Positions 23,675 through 36,718 are shown, numbered from the stretch's first letter. The stretch is 64,000 bases of DNA from Felis catus (GCF_018350175.1 NC_058382.1:32922001-32986000), one strand, 5' to 3'. Notes: a model not told the origin generated them from the sequence alone. Made by a program: numbers and translations.

Positions 23675-23908
23675 ATTAAAACAGATTTTTTTTTTTTTAT
23701 GAAGGATGTTCTGAGTGGTTTGTATGTCAGCTTTTTGAGGTACCGGACATATATGGACAGATGCGTGCGTGCTGTGGGGCGGGGCGGGGCAGAGCCCCAG
23801 CGGAGCAGATTTTAACAGGCCGTCGCTTATTTGGCGAGTGAGTTCCAAGGAGCAGGAAATTTGTTGTTATTGAGAGTGAAATTTTGAAAAACTCCTGGAA
23901 TAAATAAA
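23675..23908 (+). terminator. Candidate CAPNS2 polyadenylation signals
   Basis: ATTAAA at 23675 followed by a T-run and GT-rich tract; AATAAATAAA at 23899-23908. Confidence 0.55.
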
Positions 23909-24497
23909 AAAAAAGCCCTCCAGAGATCTGTCTTCCCTTTAAAAAGGTGAGGAGGAGGGAAGTTCAAAATCTGTTTTCCTCTCATTTCACATCTGCTCTT
24001 TACATTATGTAAGAAAAAAAAAAAAGATGTGTTCCTGGAAACCTATTTCACTGTTCAGAAATGAGGAAAGAAACAGTTTCACAGGAGGGGGGTAGATACA
24101 TGTAGCTCTCTAACATTCCAGAATTCTTTTATTCCTGTTTCTCTAGTCAAATAAGCATGCGGCAACCTCGTTCTGATGTATTTGTAAAGAGGGTCAGGGC
24201 ATTGGAGAATGAAGGGCGGACCTGTAATCCGAAATGTCACTCTTAATCATTCTTACACGCACGTATACAAAATCAGGCATGCCAAGTTCATGTTGGCTGG
24301 CTCTTGTCATGTCTTGCCCTGCCTCAGAGCTAGGAATATTTGTTTTGCTCCTCTTAGAAAACTGCAGATGGAAGAGAAGTAAGCAAAGAAAAACAAAACA
24401 AAAGTAGAGCTTACCTAAATTGCCGTCAGTTATTTGGAATATGAACCAATATAGAGATACATAAAGATTTACAAATATGGTTGGCTATTATTATTAT

Positions 24498-24915
24498 AGT
24501 GGTTCGCAGCCCTGACTGCAATTCAGAATCAGAGAGAACTCTTCACGGATACTGATATCTGACTCCCTTTCCAAATGAGTTAGAGAAAAATCTATCTCTA
24601 GAGGTAGGGCCCAGAGATGAGGTTTATTATTATTATTATTATCATTATTATTTTTAAATGTTTATATATTTTTGAGGGAGAAAGAGAGACAGAACACGAG
24701 TGGGGAAGGGGCAGAGAAAGAGAGAGAGAGAGACAGAATCCGAAGCAGGCTCCAGGCTCTGAGCTGTCAGCACAGAGCCCGCAGCAAGGCTCGGACCCAT
24801 GAACCATGACCCGAGCTAAAGTCGGACCCTTAACCGACTGAGCCACCCAGGCGCCCTGGAGAGATGAGTACTTTTAAAGCTCCCCCAGATGATTCCAGCA
24901 AGCATCCACGGTTGC
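24498..24915. mobile_element. MER5-type DNA transposon interrupted by a SINE
   Basis: agtggttcgcagccctgactgcaattcagaatc ... ttttaaagctcccccagatgattcc. Confidence 0.6.
24622..24856 (-). mobile_element. Can-SINE with (TAT)n tail
   Basis: TSD agagatgag at 24613 and 24860. Confidence 0.9.
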
Positions 24916-26004
24916 CAGGCAGGGCAGTCGTGCTTTCTTGCGTGTAGCCCTCGGTTTGGCTCTTTCATTTTGATTCAGGTGATTATGGTGGGGCAGGCAG
25001 GATCCAGTAGACTCAGCTACGGGGGCTGCATGGGCAACCGTCCAGTCCCCTCGCCTGCTGTTTAATTGGCTTCTACCCCTCCTGCTTCTCTGGCTTTTCA
25101 TGCGTTCCCCCTCTCTCCAAGGCTACCTTGGAGGGTCCTCTTGAGGTTGAAGATAAATTCTTCCTTCCTCTGTTGACTCATTTAGAGGAGAGTTTAACTG
25201 TGTAGACCCGACGTAACACCCCTTTTAACAGCCCGCGGCTGCCTGGGAGCAATCCCCAGTGAAATCAGGAGAGGTCGGCATTTGGCCTCTTTGCTCACCA
25301 TCATCACCATCATATCATATTTATGCACCACCACGTGCGTATAATCCTGCCCTGAACCAAGCACAGAGACCGCCACGTCCACCTTCCGCCAGGGGCTTTG
25401 TAACTTAAGCCTGCTCTGGTGTGCTGCTTAGAGCAGGTATGGTCATATCAGAATGAGGCTGCCGCCAGCAACCACACGTTAATGTCAGGATCTCTATTTT
25501 ACAGTCCGCCCATTCAGATGTTAGGCATGAGCGTAGGAATATAGCCAAGAAAGGGGAAAGCCGCCAAGATGCCTTTTAAGGTCTCAGAATGTTAAGCTTA
25601 TTATTTAACCTTTCTGCGTGATGGTTGTAGAAAGGGCAGCATGACTGCACTGCACTTTTTTTTCCTCACTTAATTCTAAATATTTTTTGGAAGTTAAGAC
25701 AGTTACCTCAAGTGGGAGGCGGTATTAAGTATTTTTCTTGCTCCACACAGGTCAAGGGATTATCTGCCCCTACGATTCTCTTCCTGACTGCACAGGGCAG
25801 AACATCCCACAGTTACTTACATTTCTCTTCTCTTCTCTTCTGAACTTGTAGAACATTTGTACAGACAACCCCAGTCACTAGAGTAGACATTGGAAAATCC
25901 AATCCAAGCTCTGGATTTTTTTTTAAGTACCCCAAACTTTGGCATTGTGCAGAAGCAATAGCCACAAGTAATTGAATTTCTTAGTTTTTATCCAACAGTT
26001 GATG

Positions 26005-26221
26005 TTTTAATTTTTTTATGTTTATTTATTTTTGAGAAAGAGAGAGACAAAGAGCATGAGCAGGGAAGGGGCAGAGAGAGAGGGAGACACAGAATCTGAA
26101 ACAGGCTCCAGGCTCCGAGCTGTCAGCACAGAGCCTGATGCGGGGCTCGAACTCGTGAACTGTGAGATCATGACCTGAGCTGAAGTCGGACGCTCAACCG
26201 ACTGAGCCACCCAGGTGCCCC
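26005..26221 (-). mobile_element. Can-SINE, in tandem with the next copy
   Basis: Full-length antisense copy abutting the T-tail of the 26226 copy. Confidence 0.9.
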
Positions 26222-26225
26222 AAAT

Positions 26226-26447
26226 GTTCTTTTTTCTTAATGTTTATTTATTTTTAGAGAGAGAGAGAGAGAGAGAGAGAGCATGAATGGGGGGAGGGGC
26301 AGAGAGAGGGAGTCGCAGATTTCGAAGCAGGGTCCAGGCTTTGAGCCATCAGCACAGAGCCCGATACAGGGCTTGAATACACAGACTGTGAGGTCATGAC
26401 CTGAGCCGAGGTCGGGTGCTCAACCTACTGAGCCACACAGGAGCCCC
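26226..26447 (-). mobile_element. Can-SINE
   Basis: Full-length antisense copy with (GA)n. Confidence 0.9.
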
Positions 26448-26636
26448 TAAAGGCACATTTTCAATGTAAGAGGGAGTATTTATGTGATACACTTTTTTAA
26501 ATTTACCATTTCTACATGGAAGACTACTTATAGCCTAAGACAGAGGTCTTTGATTCATATCATTTCATCCCATTATTTTTCAATTTCTAACATTAAGCTA
26601 TACGATCGATGTTTTAAGTTGAAAATAATGCCCAGT

Positions 26637-26790
26637 GGGGCGCCCGCGTGGCTCGGCTAAGCATCTGATTCTTGATTCCAGCTCAGGTCATGATCTCATG
26701 GTTTGTGGGACAGAGCCCCGAGTCAGGCTTTGCATTGACAGTGCAGAGCCTGCTTAGGATTCTCTCTCCCTCTTTCTGCCCCTCCCCTGC

Positions 26791-26835
<45 letters not shown>

Positions 26836-26860
26836 CTAAATAAATCAATAAATGTTTTTT
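26637..26860 (+). mobile_element. Older Can-SINE with (TC)n; part of duplication 2 copy A
   Basis: ggggcgcccgcgtggctcgg...gacagtgcagagcctgcttaggattctctc. Confidence 0.9.
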
Positions 26861-28431
26861 AAAAAGAGAAATGAATACTCGGCGATTTTAAAAAAGCAAG
26901 TGAAATTGTACCATCTACACTTTTTAATTTCAAAATCTGCCACTTGGTTTTGAAAAACATCTTTATCTTGATATAATCATTGGATTCTGTAACCTGTAAC
27001 AGCAGGAAAAAGAACTACACGCTCTGTACCTAAGGAAAGCAAACCTCTGAGAATGTTCAAAATGTATACATCATCTTAAAGGTCACTTAAAATATCTTTT
27101 GAGTAGTAGTGCTTGTGTTTTTAAAAACTGTTTTTTTAACTCAGAAATTCCATCAGTAATATTGCGCAACTAACCCATGGTGGGGCCTTAAAAAATATTC
27201 ACAGATGCACCTGCAGGGTCCTGATATTTAACATGTTTATTGATCTTGAGGTGCTTTTAGAATCACTTCTTAAAAGTGTCTGCGTTTAATGCTAAGTGGA
27301 TTAAAGCAATTTAATTCCTGGAAAATTGGTAATACAATTACATATGTGGGTAGAAATACGCTCTTAATAAGAATATTTGAGCCAACAGAATGCCTCTCCC
27401 CAGAATCCTCTGGGAAACTGAGAATTTACTGTATTTTAATAATAGAACTCCTTTGGATTTGTAGAGTATCTTCAAGGACCCAAGGCCTTTTTCTGTTGAC
27501 TGCTGCATAGTAAGTTCTGTTTTTATGGAAGCATTTCTAAATTATTTTGATGGTATTGACGATCTCTCACCTTCAGGGGTGGTACCAATGATAACATACC
27601 AAAGAGAATATAGCCCTGTCCTTGGGGGTTTGCCATTTCAAAGTGTATTCACACCCACATCCTTAAATGTTGCTGGACTTCAAATGTTGTTAAACATACC
27701 TGCTTCTGTAGAAATAAAAATGTTGAACGAATCCAACTATGAAAAGCTTTAGGGAACGGATACCTGAGAATCAGATGCAGGAAAATCACCATTTGTCCCT
27801 TCTGCAATTTTAAATGGGCCGTGTTTGAACATGTGGTTTGGAACTTCCCGCTGGTCCTAGAAGCTAGTGTTGAGTGACGGTGGGACTGGCAGGGCGCTGG
27901 GGTGCCGTGAGGTCACGGTGACCGTCAGCCCTCACTTCCATGCCCTTCTGATCCTCCTGACCACCAGGGAAGGGACGGGGCCCACCGTCCGGAGCTTCGT
28001 CCAGGCTTGGTCACCCCTTCTTTTTGCAGTGATCCAGCGCAAATCCGTGGTTCCTACTCGGGGCTGTCCTGGCCTCCAGATTAGGACAGATTACGGAGGG
28101 ATTAGGGTCTCCTTCCAGAAAGCTGGTCTCCTCCTTCTAAATGTGGCCCTGAAATATTCTCAAGCCTAGATTTTTTTTTAAGTGTCTAATTTTTCCAGAG
28201 AAGTTCAATAGGTTTTTAAAGAATTAACCCCACAGATCTGAGGGTTAATCTTTATCCCGGAACTGATTTGAAATTAAAAAATGAAAGGAGTGTCCCTCAT
28301 CGTATACTTTTTTATTATTTGTTTTTTGAATCTATTTTATTAAACTACTTGCTTTAATTTGAAAGATTCGGAATCCAGTTACCTAAATTTTAATTGTAGT
28401 TGATGATAATAGCAAGTTGTGTGATGTCGAG

Positions 28432-28533
28432 TGAAGCGGGATAGAGCCCCACGTCGGTGCAGAGCCTGCTTGGGATTCTCTCTCTGCCCCTCCCCTGCTC
28501 GCATTCTCTCTCTTTCTCTCTCAAAATAAAAAA

Positions 28534-28568
<35 letters not shown>

Positions 28569-28580
28569 ATATTTTTTAAA
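28432..28580 (+). mobile_element. 5'-truncated Can-SINE with (TAAA)n tail; part of duplication 2 copy B
   Basis: gggatagagccccacgtcggtgcagagcctgcttgggattc...; flank after the tail is homologous to 26855-26942. Confidence 0.85.
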
Positions 28581-28620
28581 AAGAGAAAAGAATACTCAGT
28601 GATTTTTAAAAATCATGTGA

Positions 28621-28841
28621 GGGGCACCTGGGTGGCGCAGTCGGTTAAGCATCCGACTTCAGCCAGGTCACGATCTCGCGGTCCGGGAGTTCGAGCCCCG
28701 CGTCAGGCTCTGGGCTGATGGCTCGGAGCCTGGAGCCTGTTTCCGATTCTGTGTCTCCCTCTCTCTCTGCCCCTCCCCCGTTCATGCTCTGTCTCTCTCT
28801 GTCCCAAAAATAAATAAACGTTGAAAAAAAAAATTAAAAAA
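28621..28841 (+). mobile_element. Young SINEC_Fc-type SINE
   Basis: Perfect TSD aaaaatcatgtga at 28608 and 28842. Confidence 0.95.
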
Positions 28842-29759
28842 AAAAATCATGTGAAATGCCATCTACATTTTTAAACGTCAAAATCTCCCATTTTTTTATT
28901 AGTAAAAATGAATTCGTTTTTTTATTAGTAAAACTGAATTAGTCAAATGGATGATTTCTAAGGTTCCTTCCAGTTCCAAGTCTTATTATTTTTAATTTGG
29001 AACCTTAACAATGTATCGTTTTATTCATCCAATAATAAAACACCTAAGAATGATTTCCACACTGCTTTCCCCTCCTTACACTACTACGATGAAAATGTAA
29101 CATATAATTTCTCATGTGTCTGATTAGCAAGGTCTGCTTTAACATCCTTTATCAAGGGTCTGCTTCTTTTTGTCAGTCAAGACCACTCCTAGATAAGAGG
29201 TCCAGAACATTACCTTGTTTTGTGAATAGTGGTAATGTGAAGAGTCCTTTATATTTCTCTCTGTCCCTCCGAAAAATGAGTTCTAATACTTGACCTGTGT
29301 TTTACGTAGGGTTCGGTGGTAAAGATAAAAATTGGATGCCTCACAGTAGAGAGACAACATAAATTTAAAAGCACAGGCCCAGGCACACAATCTATGACGT
29401 CTTCAGTGTCCACAGACCATTCTTCTGTCCGTTCTCCCAAACTTCTATCCAAGGCCCTGTGTTGCTTCATCAAGAAAGCCACTTGCGGAACAAATGTGCT
29501 TATATTGAATAATACATCTACGGTTTGGAAAGCTGCCCTGCTCGGCCTCTAAGGCTGATGAACAGCAGCTCTCCATGGTGCATAAGGAAGTAAACTGGTG
29601 CTGGCCCAAGAAGAAAATGATGTCACTTAAAACTCTACCGTCTCTAAAATTTCTGGGGTGATGAAAATGTCATAGATACTGATTGTGGCAGTGGTGGTTA
29701 CCCTGGTGTATGCATTTGTCAAAACACCTTAACTGCACATTTAAAATGGGTGCTTTTCA

Positions 29760-30229
29760 GCACTTTCAACGATAGCCAAATGACAGACAGAGCCTCAATG
29801 TCCATCAACTGACGAATGGATAAAGCAATTGTGGTTTATATACACAATGGAATATTATGTGGCAATGAGAAAGAATGAAATCTGGCCTTTTTAGCCACGT
29901 GGATGGAACTGGAGAGTGTGATGCTAAGTGAAATAAGTCAGACAGAGAAAGACAGATACCATATGTTTTCACTCATGTGTGGACCCTGAGAAACTTAACA
30001 GAAGACCATGGGGAGGGGAAGGAGAAAAAGAAAAAAGGTTAGAGAGGGAGGGAGCCAAACCATAAGAGACTCTTAAAAAGTGAGAACAAACTGAGGGTTG
30101 ATGGGGGGGGGGGGTTGGGAGGGAGGGATGGGTGGGTGATGGGCATTGAAGAGGCACCTGTTGGGATGAGCACTGGGTGTTGTATGGAAACCCATGTGAC
30201 AATAAATTTCATATTAAAAAAAAATAAAG
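29760..30229 (+). mobile_element. 5'-truncated felid L1 inserted into an older L1ME-like fragment (about 29645-30290)
   Basis: ggatggaactggagagtgtgatgctaagtgaaataagtc; G-rich 3' UTR; aataaatttcatattaaaaa end; TSD tgggtgcttttca at 29747 and 30230. Confidence 0.9.
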
Positions 30230-30673
30230 TGGGTGCTTTTCATCAAATGGAAATGATACATTTTCTTAAGTCAACTTTTTTTCAAACAAACTGATTCAAG
30301 AAAAGGAAGAAATCGCCTTTGTAGATAACCAGACAAAAATGGAAGTCAGAGGACCTGAGTTTTTGTCTCCGGAATAAACCGTGTTACTTAAGGGAAGTCT
30401 TGAAATATCTTTGTTTCTATTTTCTCTGATGGGAAAGGGAAGTTAAATTGCTTCTCCTTTTAGTTCCCACCCTGCAGTAAGATAAAGCAGCATGCAAAAA
30501 GTGACTCTTGATCCTTTGAGTCCTGGTTGCTTCCAGAAGCAGGCAAAAGCTGCAATTTTCTTTCCTAGAAAAATGCACACACACAAACTGCACACCGTCT
30601 CAGGGGCTTCACGGCCTCCCCTTTCCCCAAGCTCATCCGTGGAACCCCAGTGAAGAGCACTTACTTCAGTTCT

Positions 30674-30878
30674 ATTTATTTATTTTTAAAGTTTTTACTT
30701 ATTTATTTCTTAGGGAGAGAGAGAGAGCGTGCAAGGGGGAGAGGGAGAGAGAGAATCCCAAGCAGGTTCCACACTGTCGGCACGTAGCCCGACGTGGGGC
30801 TTGATCTCATGAACCGTGGGATCGTGACCTGAGCTGAAATCCAGAGTCAGACGCTTTGCCATCTGAGCCACCAGGCGC
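30674..30878 (-). mobile_element. Older Can-SINE
   Basis: agaatcccaagcaggttccacactgtc...ctgagccaccaggcgc. Confidence 0.88.
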
Positions 30879-31519
30879 TTTAGTTTTTCAAGTGAACTCA
30901 AAGTAGGTAAGAGTCAAGGAGAAAAAGCAGTATTGTTTTTAGTGCCTCCCTATGTGCGCTAAGCACTGGAAATACAGTGCCGCACAGAGAAAGCAATCCT
31001 TGCCCTAGAGGAGTTCCTGATGGTCGAAATGTAGATACTCGGCCACGGGTAAAGCTTACGCTCTTGGTGATGCCGAACACCGTTTGTTCAAGTGCGAAGT
31101 ACCACGCTAGCTCTATTGTTGCCGGTTCACACTTTATCTGGGAATTCATCACTTGAAGACTTTGTGCCGCCCAAGTGCTTCTAAGACCCTGGGGTTATAA
31201 TCGCAGGGGCCTCTTTGCAGTTCTCGGAATCTCCTTCTCCCCACTTCGGCCTCAGCGTTCCTGTCTAGACGAGTAGTTCCTGTGTAAGAAACAGCGCACT
31301 CAGTCCACCTGGCTTAGAATTATCCATGCCTTCTTTTGTATTGCCATGCCACACCTCCTGAGGTACAGAGATACTAATATAGTAGCTAGATGCTTCAGAG
31401 TTCTGGATCTTCTGCGGCCTCACATCATCATGGGGCCATTGAAGTGGCTCAGATTTGCACACTAGCTTCTAGCTTATTGCAGACAAAGCCTGCAAGGAAG
31501 AAAGAATCTGTCTGCAATT

Positions 31520-31800
31520 NNNNNNNNNNNNNNNNNNNNNNNNNNNNNNNNNNNNNNNNNNNNNNNNNNNNNNNNNNNNNNNNNNNNNNNNNNNNNNNNN
31601 NNNNNNNNNNNNNNNNNNNNNNNNNNNNNNNNNNNNNNNNNNNNNNNNNNNNNNNNNNNNNNNNNNNNNNNNNNNNNNNNNNNNNNNNNNNNNNNNNNNN
31701 NNNNNNNNNNNNNNNNNNNNNNNNNNNNNNNNNNNNNNNNNNNNNNNNNNNNNNNNNNNNNNNNNNNNNNNNNNNNNNNNNNNNNNNNNNNNNNNNNNNN
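31520..31800. other. Assembly gap (281 N)
   Basis: Run of N. Confidence 1.
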
Positions 31801-32189
31801 TTAGTGACCTTGGTCACTCTCTAGTGACCTGTCAGTGTTGGTCATCATGGCAGGGCCACCACCAAGATTCTAGATCCTGCCTCGAAGAGGGGCTTCCATC
31901 AGGCCTTCGCTCAAGAACCCACGCCAGGTGCCCCAGAGCCGCTCTACATGGCCTCAGTGATTAAATGTTTCTATTTCTTACTAAGCAGAAATAGATTTTC
32001 CTTCCTTCTGAACTGGGAATGGGCAGGCCGCTGGCCTGCTGTTCCCTCTCAGTAGGAACTTTTTTTCCAAGTAAGCTCAGCACGTGATGATGCCAAGCTG
32101 TGTGACATACCTGGAGTCCACCTTTGCCCTGTGATCAATGGTAATTCAACTGGTGGCTCTCCTAATTGATTTCTCCCCTCCTTTCACAG

Positions 32190-32288
32190 AACCATGATGG
32201 CAGCATTGACTTCCGAGAGTATGTGATTGGCCTGGCTGTCCTGTGTAACCCTGCCAACACGGAGGACATCATCCAAATGGCATTTAAG
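32190..32288 (+). CDS. LPCAT2: LPCAT2 coding exon (exon 12), 99 nt, completes EF-hand 1
   Basis: tcacag|AACCAT...TTTAAG|gtactg; encodes NHDGSIDFREYVIGLAVLCNPANTEDIIQMAFK; loop DRNHDGSIDFRE spans the exon 11/12 junction. Confidence 0.97.
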
Positions 32289-33999
32289 GTACTGTCAGCC
32301 CCGCTGAAAACATCTTCGTCTGCCTCGTGAACAAGTGTTGACTCTAAGTGCATTATGTGAAAACCAGTGAATCCATTACCTGAGTTTATAGATCTGCTGG
32401 GACGTGTGCACAGGGGTAATGTGATTAAGACAATTGCCACTGAGACTAAAGAAACCGCAAGCATCCGGTTAAGCAAAAAGGAAGTCTTTGGGAGAAGCTT
32501 AACTAATAGCATCAAAATTGAAGAGCCGGTGAATTTAACAAATTCGCTTTAAAAATTCTTTCTTTCCAGCCTGTCCGTTTTGGAGCCCCGAAGTGCGGTG
32601 TATAAATAAACACCACCTGCCACTAGTCATCCTAATTCACCATCCGGAAAGTTCTCCTCTGTCCTCACATTTTCTCCTTCTGTGTGTCAGAGCTATTTTA
32701 AGTGCTGTTTTCCTGATGGAATTTATTTTATTGTGGGATGTCAGGTGAGCGTCATGCTAAATGTCCCAAGTTCCCACCCTGTGTGTTCTCCTGGGGTATC
32801 ACGTGTGCTTTCACAGCGATATCAGGGAAGGGGGGCGGGGCAGAGGAATAGCACGCATGGTCCCGTGCTCAGCAGAACCTGGTGGAGGTTTGAGCTGTGA
32901 CGACCCCGACTCCCGTGTATCACCTGCATGCCCCCAAGAGGAGCTGGAAGAATACGTTCCCAAAGTGTGTTTCGTTTTTCTGAGATAAAAGGTGCTGCAT
33001 CTACTGCGTATTTATGCAGGATGTTCCCTTCCCGTTCTAAGGCTGTGTCGTCTGCTCTCAAGTAAAACAAAAACTTGATCTCCCTGCTTGCCTTGGTACC
33101 TAGCTGTGGGTATTGACTCATCCTTCAGCCGCGTGGCGGTCTCCCTGTTTCCACCCACCATGACCACCGAGGACCTTCCCTGTTCCTGCTCCTACTTCCC
33201 TGTCTTCCGGATTTTCTGAGAAGAGCATCCCACGAGGTTTTCTTTCCCCTCTATTGTCTAGAAAAGACTCTCTTCCTCTGAGAGTCCTTTCTCACGTTTT
33301 AGGGGCCACCAGGGCAAGCCTCAGGAATGTTCACGTGCTCTGTCATCGACGGCGAAGTCCCCAAGCCGGCTTTTTATCTCAGATTGGTTAAAACGGAGTT
33401 AACTGTGAGGCCTATAAAGAACCCAAGTGGTTGATGCTTAGCAGATGGTCAGAAGGCAAGGGCCAGAACTTTTTCCAAGTTTAAAACGTTTGGCTTTTAC
33501 AGACGTATTCATCATAAAACCTAAAATTATACACATAGCTAACTGGTTCCAATTCAGATATTTCTGTTTCTGTTTTGGGACTGCATACATAATTGTAAGT
33601 TTAGCTGAGTAAATGGTCACTTTTGGTTCACCGATGAAAGACCCGGTAGAAAATTTGGCCCTCAATCACAGTAATTATTGTTTTTAAAGACGCCGTGAGA
33701 TTTTTCTCTGGCCTAGACCTCGGTTTGGTGCAGAGGCAGGCAAGGAGGACCTGAAACTATAATTAACTCTTTTTCCAGTAAGACAAGGGTCATGCTTTCC
33801 TGTGGTTATTTTTCAACCTCCTTTTCCAGGTGTGTTTGGTGTTTAAAGAAATATTTTGGCACACTTTTATGTTTCATTTAGTAGTATCCGTTTATACGTA
33901 TGGGATCCAATCCTTTACTTGGGAAGCACTTCCCAGGTAACTCCCCGTCCTTGATCCCATTCCATGACCACAGTGACCTTCAGGGGTAGAGTGTTAGCT

Positions 34000-35800
34000 A
34001 GCGTTCTCTAGCCCTGAGCAGACAGGCGTGGACTGTGGCTGCAAAAATCACCATATGGCCGGGGAGGGGGCTCAAGGGTGGACTCAGAGGCAGCGACCCC
34101 AGAGGCCAGTTAGAATGAGCACCTCCAATTCTGTCCTCTGTCCTCAGTCGCATTCCAGGGAGGGTCCAACTGGTCCTGCTGTAAAGAGAGTGTGCTTGCT
34201 GGAAAGACGTGGTGTTTTGGCTCAGAGTCCCACCGTAGTCCATGCAGTGGGGAGATTCCACTCCCCCTGAGGAAATCGGGGTGCTGAGCTCTCTACTGGA
34301 GTCCAGAGCGTGGGATTTACTCTGCAGCAGGGAGACTACTGGGAGCCATGAGTAGTTGAGGGAAATTGAACATTTCCGTGAGGGGCGCAAGCTGGAGTAG
34401 TGATGACAGGGGCCAGATGGAGAAGAAGTAAAGGCCCCCAGTATGGACACGTGAAGGGAACTGCCACAGAAGTGAGAGCCACCAAAGCACCCAATGTGAC
34501 AGATGAGTGGCCGAGGATTGTTTAGGGATGGAAGGCCCGGGAAGGAAGCTGCGCTCGCACTTGTGAGGAGCCGGGTGTGACGAGATCCTTGGCAGTTACT
34601 GCTGAGCCCCGGGCCACCCTTTGCAAAAACAAATGCTCATTCGCTTTTCACTTTGGTGCTGTTCTCCCTCCTATGGGGGCTGAGTCGCATGCTCTTCATT
34701 TCCGGTTCTCCAGCTCTCTGGCAGCTTCTTCCAAAGTACTTCCTCTGGTGCTGTCCCAGGGCTTGGCCTTATTGTGTGCGTTCCCTGCAGATAAGCTCCG
34801 ACACACCCCTCGTCTCAGCTCTTTGCTGAATCCCCGGCTCAGGCCTCGCCGCTGTCCTGAGCTGAGGCGCTTCATCTCCTCCCACTCGGGTTTTACGCCC
34901 CCAGGTCCAGCTCCTAGGTCTCGGGGGACCCCTGTTCTCCCGTTCTTGGTAGGGCACCCACTTCATCCCAGGTGCCCAGGCCAGAACACCCCCGCCCACT
35001 CACACTCCTTCCCGTCCATCCCCGAGGGCCCCGATTGCCATGCCAGTCCTGCCCCTGCTTTCTTATAAATCCTGCCCCTTCCTGTCCTTCCCACTCCTCC
35101 CCCTCACACTCTTTTTTTTTTTTAGTTTATTTATTTATTTTGAGAGAGAGAGAGCATGCAAGCATAAGTAGGGGAGGGGCAGAGAAAGAGGGAGAGAAAG
35201 AGAATCCCAAGCAGGCTCTGTGCTGTCCGTGCAGAGCCTGAGGCAAGGCTCCATCTCACGAACCGGGAGATCACGACCTGAGCCGAAATCGAGGGTCCGA
35301 GGCTTAACTGACCGACCGAGCCGCCCAGGCCCCCCTCCACGCCACACTTAATTGGCTCTCCCGCCTCTAGTCTTTCCAACCTTCTGACCCCAATCCATCC
35401 TCCTTGCTCTGAATTCACATATGATCACAGCGCGTCCCCCACTGTCATAATCCCACAGGGTTAGGTGAGGTGTCACACACCCATCATGGCGTGAGACCTG
35501 CTTGTCCGTCAGTCTCCTGGTTCCAGCCCCCGACACTCACCTGCCAGTCCTTGCATGTTCCAGGAATGTCCCTTTGTGCTCTGAGACCCACCTCACGTGT
35601 CAGCTGGGTCAAGCTTCCCCCGACCTCTCCCGTAGGATTCATCTTGTTCTCCACAGGCCTCCCACGTCCTCTGTACTTACTGTCGTTGTCACCCCTGTTT
35701 TAGTTCTGTCTCTTTCCATGCCCAAGCTACATGGGCAGCAGAGACCATTCTAACTTCACGTGCATCTCCCTTGCCCCCGGCACAAAAACGGTTGGAATTA
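34000..35800. mobile_element. Degenerate L2-like fragments upstream of exon 13
   Basis: Purine-rich then pyrimidine-rich L2-type texture; 3'-end-like sequence near 35640-35800. Confidence 0.4.
35112..35335 (-). mobile_element. Older Can-SINE
   Basis: Full-length antisense copy. Confidence 0.9.
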
Positions 35801-35881
35801 TTAAAGATTTTCTGGGATTACTCCATCCCATTTCTGTTCTGTCGGCACTCATTCCTATGTTTTATTTTCCTCTTCCTTCAG

Positions 35882-36017
35882 CTCTTTGATGTTGATGAGG
35901 ACGGCTTCATCACAGAGGAAGAGTTTTCCACCATTTTGCAGGCCTCCCTTGGGGTGCCCGACCTGGATGTTTCCGGTCTCTTCAAGGAAATAGCCCAGGG
36001 GGATTCTGTTTCGTATG
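35882..36017 (+). CDS. LPCAT2: LPCAT2 coding exon (exon 13), 136 nt, EF-hand 2
   Basis: ccttcag|CTCTTT...TATG|gtgagt; encodes LFDVDEDGFITEEEFSTILQASLGVPDLDVSGLFKEIAQGDSVSY (ORF track 35771..36046). Confidence 0.97.
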
Positions 36018-36219
36018 GTGAGTGGGCAGCTTGCTTTCTGCTTTAGTTTACCAGGAGCCATCCCTGACTACAGATGGACCCTCGGGCAGGAGGTCCCTCC
36101 ACTAATTCTATTAACAGAAATAACAGTGATAATGATGTTGACGGTAATAATAACAGGGGTAGTGGTGTAAGAGTAGCTAATTACTGAGGGCTTAGATGCT
36201 AAAGCACTCTTCTAAACAA

Positions 36220-36443
36220 TTTTTTTTTAATTTTTTTTTTCAACGTTTATTTATTTTTGGGACAGAGAGAGACAGAGCATGAACAGGGGAGGGGCAGAGA
36301 GAGAGGGAGACACAGAATCGGAAACAGGCTCCAGGCTCTGAGCCATCAGCCCAGAGCCTGACGCGGGGCTCGAACTCACGGACCGCGAGATCGTGACCTG
36401 GCTGAAGTCGGACGCCTAACTGACTGCGCCACCCAGGCGCCCC
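36220..36443 (-). mobile_element. Young SINEC_Fc-type SINE, about 200 nt downstream of the exon 13 donor
   Basis: Three differences from the 38481 copy; short imperfect TSD aaaca(a)ttttt. Confidence 0.95.
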
Positions 36444-36499
36444 AAACATTTTTTAATAAATCTTTATTTATTAGCAGGCCTATTTAGTCAGTACTCTTA

Positions 36500-36718
36500 T
36501 TTTTTACTTTTTTATTTTTTTACTGTTTATTTATTATTGAGAGAGACAGAGCATGAGCAGGGGAGGGGCAGAGAGAGAGGGAGACACAGAATCCGAAGCA
36601 GGCTCCAGGCTGTGAGCCATCAGCACAGAGCCCGATGCGGGGCTTGAACTCACAGACCGCGAGATCATGACCCAAGCCGAAGTCAGACGTTCAACCGACT
36701 GAGCCACCCAGGCACCCC
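36500..36718 (-). mobile_element. Can-SINE within a MIR (about 36150-36850)
   Basis: TSD tcagtactctta at 36488 and 36722. Confidence 0.92.

Noticed and set aside
31390-31824. ORFs spanning N runs (also near 37417-37726 and 60594-60902)
   Set aside because: Open only because of assembly gaps.
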